Assembly: GCA_017516745.1 (NCBI GenBank)
Contig: JAFXBF010000007.1
Location: 46,079 to 110,078 of the forward strand
Origin: Clostridia bacterium
Lineage (GTDB): Bacteria > Bacillota > Clostridia > Oscillospirales > Acutalibacteraceae
Length of the DNA stretch: 64,000 bases
Reading direction: 5' to 3'
Shown here: positions 36,761 to 45,594 of the stretch, in pieces
Layout: every line of letters starts with the position of its first letter
Position numbering within the stretch: position 1 is the stretch's first letter
Position numbers and translations under genes: made by a program
The notes under the pieces: generated by a model
The model's database searches: none
What the model was told of the DNA's origin: nothing
The model's input: only the letters and a program-made list of their open reading frames with translations

Positions 36761-39433
36761 TTATTCTGCATGTTCCGTGCGTGATTTTACCGCTTCACCG
36801 AGGGCGTTTGTGCCATCCTCAATTATGATTTGAGGCGGTCGTGCGTAATAAGCATTGATTTTCTCGTTGTCAAAAGTGTAAATCAAATCGGCATCGTAAA
36901 CCTCATTCAATTCATCTTCATATCTGTAATTTTCAAGGTTTTTGGGATATTCATAAGGTGGATAGATAACACTATCGTCGCTAAGTCCCAACACACGAAT
37001 ATTTTCCTCGTTGGCTTTATCAAAATCTTCACGGGAAATATTGAAATGTTTTATGAACGAAACCATATGCATTTCTTCCGATTCATAGAAATCATCCCCG
37101 TAGAAACTGTCTTCCCATTCGTCGTAGGCTTCCTTTCCGACCAATATAATGAACTGATAAGGTACACTATAATAACTGCAACGGTATTTGTAAGCTCTTA
37201 CGCCGAAATAATCATCATCTTCTGTCCATTCGGGTGCACCTATCAAATGCTCTTCACCCACGATTGTACTTTCTTCCTCAAACATATCAACATAGAGGTA
37301 ATAGGAGTTTATAATCTCGTTGTCTAAGGTGTAGATTATATCTGCGTTGTACGTTTCATTACACTCTATCGCTCTGTCATACCCCGGTTTATATTGAGAA
37401 ATATCTGTTATTATATCACTTTGTGAGCCCGAAGCATTTTTATTATGAATTGCATTAGCACGATCAAAATCTTCACGAGAAATATTAAACTCTTTTATAA
37501 AGGCAACAATCGCCATTTCGTTTCGTTCTTCTATCGGTATAGGGTAATATTCATCATAAAACCAGTCGTTAAATTCATTCTCACCTACCAGTTCAATAAA
37601 CGGTGCCGAGATTGAATAATAACGGTATCGGTATTTATAATCCGAGAAAATACTATGTTCATATGTTGGTTCAGTCACACCCACATCGTTTGGGGACACA
37701 GATTCCAATTGTTCATAGTAACGTATTGCTTCCGGGCTTCTTCCTGTTTCAATAAGATAAACTTGAGCATAATACGCATTCTGTCCTCGATGGTTTTTAT
37801 AATCACTCATCGTGGGATACAAAACCCGATTCCAATATTTCTTCGGAAACAGTTCTTTTACGGATGCTTCATATTCGGAATCAGTTACACCTATAGGATA
37901 ATCTATATTGAGCAATTCATATTCGCCGGCTGTTTTCTTGAAAGTCATAATAACAGTTTCAAAAAAGTCATACTTAGGCACAAAATATTCGTTTTCGAAA
38001 CCCCAAAGATTATAGCTTATAGCTGCATATACCGTATATTTGTTACCGTCAATCTCTGTGCCGTAAATTTCGTGTCCTTCACTGACAAGCTCCGTGACTA
38101 AATCGCCGTGAGAAGGCTTATCCATATCAAATATGGCTTGTGTTATCGCTTCATCAAGGCTTTGCGTTCTTACAAAGCTAAAGGTATAGAAGTGTGTGTA
38201 TTGCTTATCGGTAAGAACTACTCCGTCAGAGCCTTCTTCAACCACTATTTTCTTCACAACAACGGGCTCAACCTCAGTTGTGCTGTACAGCGCAGTTCCG
38301 CTCAACTTAACCGTAAGTTTTCCCTGCTGGAGATTGCACTCGGTGATTTTAAACCTTGCGCCGTTGGAGAGCTTGCCCTTTGTGCCGTTCGAAACATCAA
38401 AATAATACGTATCCGTTTTTTCGGGAAGCTGCGTTGTGCCTATATATGTTTCATCAACAATCTGCAATGAATAGCCCGAATCGTAATATTCCTTATCTTT
38501 CTTCGGATTTGTCAAAAAACAAACCGCAACGGCTGCGCTTGCCACAACGGCAACAACTACCACCCAGAACGCAGGCTTTTTATAACTGAGCGCAGATTTC
38601 ACTCTGTCCTTTACGCTCACCTCGCCGAAGGCAAGAGGACAAGCGGCGACACTACGTCTGTTTACGCTGCAGGTAAGCAGAGCCTGCGAATAATCCGCAC
38701 GCTGAACGTTATCAAGCCCTTTTACAACCCTTTCGTCACACGCAAGCTCAATATCACGGCAAAGAAGTACGTATCCGAGCCACACAAGCGGATTAAACCA
38801 ATGGAGCGTGAGAATCAGAAATCCGAGCGGCTTCCAAAGGTGATCTTTCCTTTTGATGTGCGCGTTTTCGTGGGAAATGACAAGCTGAATATCCTGCTCG
38901 CTCATATTAAAGGGAAGATAAATTTTCGGCTTGATAATACCGAGAACGAAGGGCGAGGCAACGTTTTCGCTCTGATAAATATTATCCCGAAGCAGAACTG
39001 CCGTGCCGATTTTTTTCTTTAATCTTAAGAAGCTGACGAGAGTATAAATCAGCAGCACTGCAATACCGACAAGCCAGACTGCGGCCGCAATCGGAACAAG
39101 AATTTGCAACGGGTTTGCGCTTGCCCCGATTTCAGGCGCAAACGATTCGCTGATTACGGGATTTATCGTATTGTTCAGCGCAGGAATACCCGTATTTACC
39201 GACGGACTTGTGGCTGTCATAATTTCGGGGCTGACAGTCTCCGCGCTGGGAATAAGGCTGAATATGCTTTCAAGCGAAAACGGCATTACAAGGCGCAGAC
39301 CTGCAAAGCCCCAAAGCAGACAAATTATCCATTTGGGTGCTTTTTTCAAAACCAATCTTAAAAGAAGAACAGCCAAGACAAGCCAACAGGCAGAAATGCT
39401 CATATTGACTATTGACAAGAACAGCTCAGCCAT
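36761..39433 (-). CDS. BlaR1/MecR1-like M56 peptidase sensor with a long duplicated extracellular C-terminal region
   Basis: An N-terminal polytopic region carries the HExxH motif (SHENAHIKRKDHLWKP). The 890-aa ORF has two similar modules near the C-terminus (FIKEFNISREDFDRAN / FIKHFNISREDFDKAN). Confidence 0.85.
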   Translation of the reverse strand: MAELFLSIVNMSISACWLVLAVLLLRLVLKKAPKWIICLLWGFAGLRLVMPFSLESIFSLIPSAETVSPEIMTATSPSVNTGIPALNNTINPVISESFAPEIGASANPLQILVPIAAAVWLVGIAVLLIYTLVSFLRLKKKIGTAVLLRDNIYQSENVASPFVLGIIKPKIYLPFNMSEQDIQLVISHENAHIKRKDHLWKPLGFLILTLHWFNPLVWLGYVLLCRDIELACDERVVKGLDNVQRADYSQALLTCSVNRRSVAACPLAFGEVSVKDRVKSALSYKKPAFWVVVVAVVASAAVAVCFLTNPKKDKEYYDSGYSLQIVDETYIGTTQLPEKTDTYYFDVSNGTKGKLSNGARFKITECNLQQGKLTVKLSGTALYSTTEVEPVVVKKIVVEEGSDGVVLTDKQYTHFYTFSFVRTQSLDEAITQAIFDMDKPSHGDLVTELVSEGHEIYGTEIDGNKYTVYAAISYNLWGFENEYFVPKYDFFETVIMTFKKTAGEYELLNIDYPIGVTDSEYEASVKELFPKKYWNRVLYPTMSDYKNHRGQNAYYAQVYLIETGRSPEAIRYYEQLESVSPNDVGVTEPTYEHSIFSDYKYRYRYYSISAPFIELVGENEFNDWFYDEYYPIPIEERNEMAIVAFIKEFNISREDFDRANAIHNKNASGSQSDIITDISQYKPGYDRAIECNETYNADIIYTLDNEIINSYYLYVDMFEEESTIVGEEHLIGAPEWTEDDDYFGVRAYKYRCSYYSVPYQFIILVGKEAYDEWEDSFYGDDFYESEEMHMVSFIKHFNISREDFDKANEENIRVLGLSDDSVIYPPYEYPKNLENYRYEDELNEVYDADLIYTFDNEKINAYYARPPQIIIEDGTNALGEAVKSRTEHAE

Positions 39434-39801
39434 TACAATTCCCCTTTCCTGTATCGGTCAATCATTTTTTGTACTTCATCAATTTCATTTTCAGAGATTT
39501 TTCTGTGCTTTGTAAACGCCGCAATAAAAGCGGGCAGAGAGCCTTCAAAGGTTTTTTCAACCATTTCGTTGATTTCGGATGCCTGCACCTCGTCCTTTGA
39601 AACCAAAGACGAAACGATTGTGTTTTCGTTTTTGAGCACTCCCCTTTCGGACAAGCGCTTGATGACGGTGTACGTAGTGGTAGGCTTCCAGCCAAGCTGC
39701 TCTTTACAAAGGTTAACCAGCTCACTGCTTTTGATTGGCTCGTGCTCCCACAAAATCAAACAAAAGCGGTATTCGCTGTCAAAAACTTTTGGTGTGCTCA
39801 T
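39433..39801 (-). CDS. BlaI/MecI/CopY-family transcriptional repressor
   Basis: 122-aa winged helix (...W.HEPIKSSELVNL......WKPTTTYTVIKRLSERGVL). Its stop overlaps the start of the M56 gene. Confidence 0.88.
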   Translation of the reverse strand: MSTPKVFDSEYRFCLILWEHEPIKSSELVNLCKEQLGWKPTTTYTVIKRLSERGVLKNENTIVSSLVSKDEVQASEINEMVEKTFEGSLPAFIAAFTKHRKISENEIDEVQKMIDRYRKGEL

Positions 39802-39817
39802 TTCTATTTCTCCTTCT

Positions 39818-39868
39818 CTCTAATACATTAGAGTACACCTCAACTCTAACACATTAGAGTTGAGGTGT
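39818..39868. promoter_or_regulatory. Two palindromic operator candidates upstream of blaI
   Basis: CTCTAATACATTAGAG (39818-39833) and CTCTAACACATTAGAG (39844-39859). The second lies inside a 15-bp inverted repeat, ACACCTCAACTCTAA..TTAGAGTTGAGGTGT (39835-39868). Confidence 0.45.
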
Positions 39869-39906
39869 CAAGAGCTTTTTCATGGTTTACAAAAAAATCC
39901 TTTCTG

Positions 39907-39947
39907 CAAATTGCGGTTTGTCGATGAAATCGACAAACCGCAATTTG
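39907..39947 (-). terminator. 19-bp perfect hairpin after the anti-sigma-like gene
   Basis: CAAATTGCGGTTTGTCGAT gaa ATCGACAAACCGCAATTTG. On the minus strand a T7 run follows after 9 nt. Confidence 0.5.
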
Positions 39948-39949
39948 TT

Positions 39950-41080
39950 TTACTGAAACTCTCCGTCAAACAGTTCATAATTCACGAAATATTCTTCCGG
40001 CACAGCAGGTACGTAGAAAAAGCCGTAGTGCTCGTAATCTTCCGGCAGACCGGTCCGTTCAAACGGTAACAAATCCAGCCAAATATAAAACCTGTAATAC
40101 GGCATAAAAAGCTGTTGGTTATTGCCCGTATAGTAGATTATATCAACCTTTTTGATAAGCCGTTCTTCAACCCGTCCGCTTGAAATATAAGATACTTCAT
40201 CTACCGAACTCACATACCGGCCATCCAATAGTTTTTCTTTGGCTTCGTCAAAGCTGATAACGGGATAGTCGCCGAGCTTTTTGGAAAACCGTTGTTGAGT
40301 GTTAATGTTCACGGAGCGTATTTCACCGTTTTCCGAATGAGTAAATCGCATTTTTTTCAGCGTATAGTTTACAACGCTTTGCTCTACCGTTTCGCCTTTT
40401 TCATATTTTTTGTAATAAGACCCCAACGGCTCACCGTCTACTGAAAACTCCTGATATTTACCCAAAACATCATTTTCATTAAACAGGAACGGATATTTCG
40501 CTTTGACTGCGGATAAATCCGTCAAGCCTTCGGCATTTTTGAACACAATGCTCATTCCGCCGTCACCGCCAACAGATACCTGATGGTTTTGCGTTTGAGC
40601 AATGACGTTGCGCACTATTCTTTCGTTGAAATCATCCGTAAATTTTTCATAAGAAATAATTTCTTCGCCTAACAGCTCAGAATATTCCTGTGCAACCTTC
40701 AACAAATCATCTTCGGAAAAATACGATTTTTCCTGACCCTCATAGCGATATAAAAGATTTTTGTAAACGGGCAGCTTATCAATTTTAATTTGCTCATTCC
40801 ACGGGCTGATATCGTCGGAATGTTCAAGGGTAAGGCTGTCGCTGCCCTCAAAGCCCATACCGCCGAAATCAATTTCCTCAATGCTGAGCAGAGGCAGTTG
40901 AGAATTCTGAAAAGAATTATATGCATATACTCCGCCTGCAACAAGACAGATACAGGCGGCAACCGCAGCAGCCGCTTTGGCCAGAACAAGCAGCTTTCCC
41001 TTTTTCTTTTCAGGCACAGCCTCGGCAATAAAGCGGTCGTCAATGCCGTTCATTGCCTTTAAAACAGTTAATCCGTTCAT
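39950..41080 (-). CDS. Putative anti-sigma factor / membrane-anchored protein of unknown function
   Basis: 376 aa with a short cytoplasmic N-terminus, one TM helix (LLVLAKAAAAVAACICLVAGGVYAY) and a large extracytoplasmic domain. It is translationally coupled (4-nt overlap) to the upstream sigma factor. Confidence 0.5.
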   Translation of the reverse strand: MNGLTVLKAMNGIDDRFIAEAVPEKKKGKLLVLAKAAAAVAACICLVAGGVYAYNSFQNSQLPLLSIEEIDFGGMGFEGSDSLTLEHSDDISPWNEQIKIDKLPVYKNLLYRYEGQEKSYFSEDDLLKVAQEYSELLGEEIISYEKFTDDFNERIVRNVIAQTQNHQVSVGGDGGMSIVFKNAEGLTDLSAVKAKYPFLFNENDVLGKYQEFSVDGEPLGSYYKKYEKGETVEQSVVNYTLKKMRFTHSENGEIRSVNINTQQRFSKKLGDYPVISFDEAKEKLLDGRYVSSVDEVSYISSGRVEERLIKKVDIIYYTGNNQQLFMPYYRFYIWLDLLPFERTGLPEDYEHYGFFYVPAVPEEYFVNYELFDGEFQ

Positions 41081-41637
41081 AAATTTACTCCTTCCTTTTC
41101 AAGTTCTTCTTTCAGTTCCTTCCTCATTCTGAATAAAATGCTCGTAACCTTGCTTTCGCTTAACGAATACGCCTTTGCAATATCCGCTATGCTGTCAAGA
41201 TACCAGTACCGGCGCACGAAAACAGTACGCTTTTCCTTTGAGCTGTTCTGAAGCATTGTATTAATGCACCGTGTTATTGCTTCGCTTTCAAAGGTTGCCA
41301 AAGCATCCCCATTATCCGACAGCAAGTTTTCAAGCTCGCTAATAGCAAGCTCGGTTTGCGTACCGCCCCTTTTCTGTGCAGAGTAATGCTCAAAGCGGTT
41401 GATTGAAGCATTGCGTACGAGCTTGCCCATATATGTACGCAGGTTTTGGGGCTTGCTTGGAGGAATTGAATTCCAAGCATTAAGCAGACTGTCGTTGACA
41501 CATTCCTCGGCATCCTCACCGTTGCGAAGAATACCGAACGCAATACTTCTGCAATAGCTTCCGTATTTCGTGCGTGTGTGCTCAAGCGCCGCTTCATTTC
41601 TCTTCCAAAAAAGTCTTACAATTTCGCCGTCAGTCAT
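41077..41637 (-). CDS. RNA polymerase sigma-70 family factor (ECF-like)
   Basis: 186 aa with region 2 (..ECVNDSLLNAWNSIP) and a region 4 HTH (SIADIAKAYSLSESKVTSILFRMRKELK). Confidence 0.88.
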   Translation of the reverse strand: MTDGEIVRLFWKRNEAALEHTRTKYGSYCRSIAFGILRNGEDAEECVNDSLLNAWNSIPPSKPQNLRTYMGKLVRNASINRFEHYSAQKRGGTQTELAISELENLLSDNGDALATFESEAITRCINTMLQNSSKEKRTVFVRRYWYLDSIADIAKAYSLSESKVTSILFRMRKELKEELEKEGVNL

Positions 41638-41779
41638 TTTATTTTCCCCCTTTCACCTTTATACACCGAAAAAACAGCACTTCATTGCATTTATTATAGC
41701 ATAAATTAGAGTTTGTCGAACTAATTCGTAATTCGCAATCTGTCAAATTCACGTCCGGATTTTTGTCTATGATGTTATA

Positions 41780-41808
41780 TTGAAAAATATTATTATTTAT
41801 GTTATATT
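41780..41808 (+). promoter_or_regulatory. Candidate promoter of the FGGY kinase operon
   Basis: TTGAAA (41780-41785), a 17-nt spacer ending TGT, then TATATT (41803-41808). ATGTTATATT occurs twice, at 41772 and 41799. Confidence 0.4.
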
Positions 41809-41848
41809 AATATATATTATTGTGTCCGAAAGGGAGCTGTGAAAGCTT

Positions 41849-43447
41849 ATGAGCAACACACTTATAATGGCGTTTGATATTGGCACGACGGGTGTCAAAA
41901 CCTGTCTGTTTGAGGTTGACAAAACCGTAAATCTCCTCGGTGCGGCAATGGAGGGCTATTCCCTTCACACCAAGCCCGACGGCTCTGCGGAGCAGATTCC
42001 GTCCGAGTGGTGGAGTGCAATATGTAACACAAGCAAAAAGGTTATTGAAAAAACAGGCGTTGACCCCAAGGAAATCAGCGGTATTTCCTTCTGCTCACAG
42101 ATGCAGGGCCTTGTAATCGTTGACGAAAAGGGTGAGCCCATCCGCAACGCCTTCAGCTATATGGACCAGCGTGCAAAGCAGGAGCTGAAAGAAAATATGG
42201 CGTACGGCATACAGATTGCAGGCGCAAACATTTTCAAGCTCATTCCCTCGCTTCTTATTACGGGCGCCGTTTCCGCAAGCGTTAAGGACCCCGTTTACAA
42301 ATACAAGTGGGTTGAAAAGCACGAGCCTGAGAATTTCAAAAAAATTCACAAGTGGCTCGACGTTAAGGAATACATAATCTGCAAAATGACGGGCAAATGC
42401 GTTATGACGCAGGACTCCGCCTTCGGTACCCTGCTTTACGATATCCGTGACGGCAAACGCGGCTGGAGCAAGACCGTGTGTAAGCTGCTCGGCGTTGATA
42501 TGAAGCACCTGCCCGAAATCGTAAAATCAACCGACAAAGTCGGCGGACTTACCGATGAGGCTGCTGCCGAGCTTGGTCTGTGCCCCGGCACGGCTGTTTT
42601 CGGCGGCGGCGGTGACGCTTCGCTTATCGGTGTCGGCGCAGGCGCAACGGCACTCGGCGACACTCACGTTTATTCCGGCACTTCCGGCTGGGTCGGCACG
42701 GTTGTTGACAAGAGCATTGTTGACACCTCGGCTATGATTGCCGCTATTGTCGGCGCACAGGACGGCTATTACAACTACTTTGCCGAGCTTGAAACCGCAG
42801 GCAAGTGCCTTGAATGGGTAAAGGATCACCTTGCGCTTGACGAAATCGGCATTTACCTCAAAAAAGAAGACGTTGCCGAAAGCAAGGAAAGCGTTTTCAC
42901 AAGCCTTTACGACTATATGACCGATGCAATCAAGGACGTTCCGGCAGGCTGCGGTGGCGTAATCTTCACACCGTGGCTTCACGGCAACCGCTGCCCGTTT
43001 GAAGACCCCAATTCAAGAGGTATGTTCTTTAACATCAGCCTTGAAACGGGCAAGAGCGAGCTTATACGTGCCGTGCTTGAGGGTGTCTGCTACCACCTGA
43101 GATGGTTTATTGAAACGCAGGACAAGAAGATTAAGACGAGCGACACAATCCGTTTTGTCGGCGGCGGTGCACTTTCAGCACTCACCTGCCAGATTCTTGC
43201 CGACTGCACAGGCAAAACCGTTGAAACAACCAAGAGCCCGCAGAACGCAGGCTCGGTCGGTGCGGCGCTTACGGTTGCAGTCGGTCTGGGCGTTATCGAA
43301 AACCTTGAAAAGGCAAAATCGCTCATTCCTGCCGATGCTACCTACACCCCCAACCCCGCAAACAAGGCAGTTTACGACAAGAATTTTGAGGTTTACAAGC
43401 AGCTTTACAAGGCAAACAAGAAAAACTTTGCAATGCTTAACGGTTGA
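41849..43447 (+). CDS. FGGY-family carbohydrate kinase (substrate not assignable)
   Basis: N-terminal FDIGTTGVKT in a 532-aa ORF, with a C-terminal FGGY motif (FVGGGA.S....QILAD). Confidence 0.85.
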   Translation: MSNTLIMAFDIGTTGVKTCLFEVDKTVNLLGAAMEGYSLHTKPDGSAEQIPSEWWSAICNTSKKVIEKTGVDPKEISGISFCSQMQGLVIVDEKGEPIRNAFSYMDQRAKQELKENMAYGIQIAGANIFKLIPSLLITGAVSASVKDPVYKYKWVEKHEPENFKKIHKWLDVKEYIICKMTGKCVMTQDSAFGTLLYDIRDGKRGWSKTVCKLLGVDMKHLPEIVKSTDKVGGLTDEAAAELGLCPGTAVFGGGGDASLIGVGAGATALGDTHVYSGTSGWVGTVVDKSIVDTSAMIAAIVGAQDGYYNYFAELETAGKCLEWVKDHLALDEIGIYLKKEDVAESKESVFTSLYDYMTDAIKDVPAGCGGVIFTPWLHGNRCPFEDPNSRGMFFNISLETGKSELIRAVLEGVCYHLRWFIETQDKKIKTSDTIRFVGGGALSALTCQILADCTGKTVETTKSPQNAGSVGAALTVAVGLGVIENLEKAKSLIPADATYTPNPANKAVYDKNFEVYKQLYKANKKNFAMLNG

Positions 43448-44052
43448 TTATGAGAATTATTGATATTTCAAGAGATATTTTTGAAGCCGAGGTTTATCCG
43501 GGCGACCCCGAGCCCCGTATGCAAAGGGTTGAACGGATGGAGGAGGGCGACGATTGTAACCTGAGTGCCCTCTATTTCTGCCTGCACAACGGCACGCATA
43601 TTGATGCACCGCGCCATTTTATTGAGGACGGTATTACCGCCGAAGAGCTTGACCTTAACCGCTTTATAGGCGAATGTCTTGTTCTCGAAGCGCCCGAGGG
43701 TCCGATTAACGGCGATTTTATAGACGAAAACGTGCCCGAGGACTGTGAGCGGCTTATTATCAAGGGCAACGGCAAGGCGTATTTTTCGCAGAGCGGTGCT
43801 TTTGCGGCAGCTTCAACCAATTTAAAATTAGTCGGCACGGACTCAAATTCCGTCGGCACACAAGGCGCACAGTTGGCTCCACACAGAGCCTTCCTCGGCG
43901 CTAATATACCGTTGCTTGAAGGGCTTGACCTTGAAAAAGTTACACCGGGCAAATATTTCCTCGTTGCCCTGCCGATGAAATTCAGCGGCGTTGAAGCAAC
44001 ACCCACAAGAGCAATTCTCATTTCGGATTTCGTTTTCTGGGGCAAAGCGTAA
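43444..44052 (+). CDS. Cyclase-family protein (arylformamidase-like)
   Basis: HNGTHIDAPRHF motif in a 202-aa ORF. Confidence 0.78.
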   Translation: MIMRIIDISRDIFEAEVYPGDPEPRMQRVERMEEGDDCNLSALYFCLHNGTHIDAPRHFIEDGITAEELDLNRFIGECLVLEAPEGPINGDFIDENVPEDCERLIIKGNGKAYFSQSGAFAAASTNLKLVGTDSNSVGTQGAQLAPHRAFLGANIPLLEGLDLEKVTPGKYFLVALPMKFSGVEATPTRAILISDFVFWGKA

Positions 44053-44124
44053 AATTCCCCTTGACTGCACACAATAGTTTGTGGTAATATATTCGGGCGG
44101 TGAAAATCCGCCCGAAGTAAATAT

Positions 44125-44162
44125 GCCTGCATAGTTAAATGGATATAATAAACCCCTCCTAA
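44125..44162 (+). pseudogene. Decayed copy of the 5' half of tRNA-Arg(CCT)
   Basis: GCCTGCATAGTTAAATGGATATAATAAACCCCTCCTAA matches tRNA positions 44248-44285 at 33 of 38 nt. There is no complementary anticodon-stem 3' strand, T-arm or acceptor 3' strand. Confidence 0.5.
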
Positions 44163-44247
44163 TTGTTTGTTATGTCGTTCACCTTTTAGCGAAAAGTGAT
44201 TGACAACGAGTTATTTTGTTCCCATAAAATATCATATTTACGACTAT

Positions 44248-44322
44248 GCCTCCTTAGTTCAATGGATAGAATAAGCCCCTCCTAAGGGCTAGATATCGGT
44301 TCGATCCCGGTAGGGGGTGCCA
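44248..44322 (+). tRNA. tRNA-Arg (anticodon CCT)
   Basis: Manual cloverleaf: acceptor GCCTCCT/AGGGGGT (two G-U pairs), D arm GTTC-AATGGATA-GAAT, anticodon arm AGCCC-CTCCTAA-GGGCT, T arm ATCGG-TTCGATC-CCGGT, discriminator G and encoded CCA. Length 75 nt. Confidence 0.88.
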
Positions 44323-44329
44323 TTTTTGA

Positions 44330-44378
44330 AAGCCGAAACTCCTTGATTTATCAAGGGTTTGCGGCTTTTTTGTTTTTT
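44330..44378 (+). terminator. Terminator after tRNA-Arg
   Basis: Long imperfect stem AAGCCGAAACTCCTTGA / TCAAGGGTTTGCGGCTT followed by TTTTTTGTTTTTT. Confidence 0.7.
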
Positions 44379-44417
44379 GCACATTTTCAAAAAAATTTAT
44401 CAAAATACGATTTTTTC

Positions 44418-44563
44418 GTTAGCAGAATCGCCTCCCCAAGTTGGACTAACTACCACCTTCAAGGTGATAATCCTTGCTAATCAAAATTAGCAGGATTTAT
44501 CAATTTCTGCTAACGATTTTTGATTTCTGCTAATTTTCATCTTGGGTATCCCTTTTCTGCTAA
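44418..44563. repeat. Cluster of TTTCTGCTAA motifs
   Basis: Direct copies at 44504-44513, 44524-44533 and 44554-44563, an inverted copy at 44418-44427, and the imperfect palindrome CCTTGCTAATCAAAATTAGCAGG at 44472-44494. Confidence 0.5.
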
Positions 44564-44614
44564 TCAAAAAGGTGAGCGTTATGCTGTAACACAGTTCTTT
44601 TGCGTTCCTAATAC

Positions 44615-44646
44615 TATAGAGTTTTATAGAGTATTAAAAAACATCA
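44615..44646 (+). repeat. Left copy of a ~30-nt direct repeat bracketing the GH43-like/EamA module
   Basis: TATAGAGTTTTATAGAGTATTAAAAAACATCA here, versus TATAGATTTATATAGTATTAAAAACATCA at 46600-46628. Confidence 0.5.
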
Positions 44647-44726
44647 GTATGTACGTTAGTTGAAACTTTAGATAGTGTTGTGATATAATGTGTTCGACAA
44701 CTTTGAATTTGCAGGGTGGTTTTAAA

Positions 44727-45554
44727 ATGCTTATTTTTGAACAAACAAATGAATATTCATACCGAGACCCTGCAGTTTATATAGAAAACGGTACGGTATA
44801 TTTGTTTTTCACTTTGGTTGAAAATACTGATGAAAGACAGTATTTTTATGTTGCAATGAGCCAAAGCACGGATTTTGTTAATTGGAGTAAGCCAAAAAAA
44901 CTGACTGAAAAAGATAATATGAAAAACTATTCCTCTCCGGGTAATGTTATCAAGCACAATGATGAGTATTATCTTTGCCTGCAAACCTATCCTCGAAAAG
45001 ACGGGCAGATTTATGGAAATGAGAATTCAAGAATTTTCACAATGAAAAGTAAGGATTTAATCAAATGGGAAGAACCTGTTTTGCTCAAAGTTAAGGGTGA
45101 TATACCCGAAAAAGAAATGGGCAGAATGATTGATCCATATATTCTTTGTGAGGAAGATAAATTTATATGCTTTTTCAAGCAAAACGGTGTTTCTTTCAGC
45201 TCATCAGAAGATTTAGTTAATTGGCAGTTTCAAGGTTTTACCGATTGCGGTGAGAATGTATGTGTAATCAAAGAAAATGATGAATATCTTATTTTCAATT
45301 CACCGAAAAACGGGATAAGCATTATGTCAACAAAGGATTTTAAGAGTTTTAAGAATATCCGCACCTTATATCTTAATCAAGAGAACAAACCCTGGGCGAA
45401 AGACAGAATAACTGCAGGATTTGTTATTGATGTAAGCGGTGTTTCGCCACATAAATATGCTATGTTCTATCACGGTGATAATGAGGATAATTATCTTTTC
45501 GGTGCATCTCTCGCAGTAGCATTTAGCGATGATTTGACGAGTTGGTATGAATAA
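44727..45554 (+). CDS. Five-bladed beta-propeller glycoside hydrolase-like protein (GH43/GH32 clan-like)
   Basis: 275 aa with YRDPAVY near the N-terminus, repeated hydrophobic-strand patterns and a DPY motif. I chose the start at ATG 44727. The family call is tentative. Confidence 0.5.
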   Translation: MLIFEQTNEYSYRDPAVYIENGTVYLFFTLVENTDERQYFYVAMSQSTDFVNWSKPKKLTEKDNMKNYSSPGNVIKHNDEYYLCLQTYPRKDGQIYGNENSRIFTMKSKDLIKWEEPVLLKVKGDIPEKEMGRMIDPYILCEEDKFICFFKQNGVSFSSSEDLVNWQFQGFTDCGENVCVIKENDEYLIFNSPKNGISIMSTKDFKSFKNIRTLYLNQENKPWAKDRITAGFVIDVSGVSPHKYAMFYHGDNEDNYLFGASLAVAFSDDLTSWYE

Positions 45555-45594
45555 ATGCGTGGTAATAAATTTAAATTTGTAAAGGTGAATACTG

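Noticed and set aside
44125-44230. Possible second functional tRNA upstream of tRNA-Arg.
   Set aside because: Only the 5' half aligns. The anticodon stem cannot pair (AACCC versus TTGTT), and there is no T-arm or acceptor 3' strand. I treated it as a remnant.
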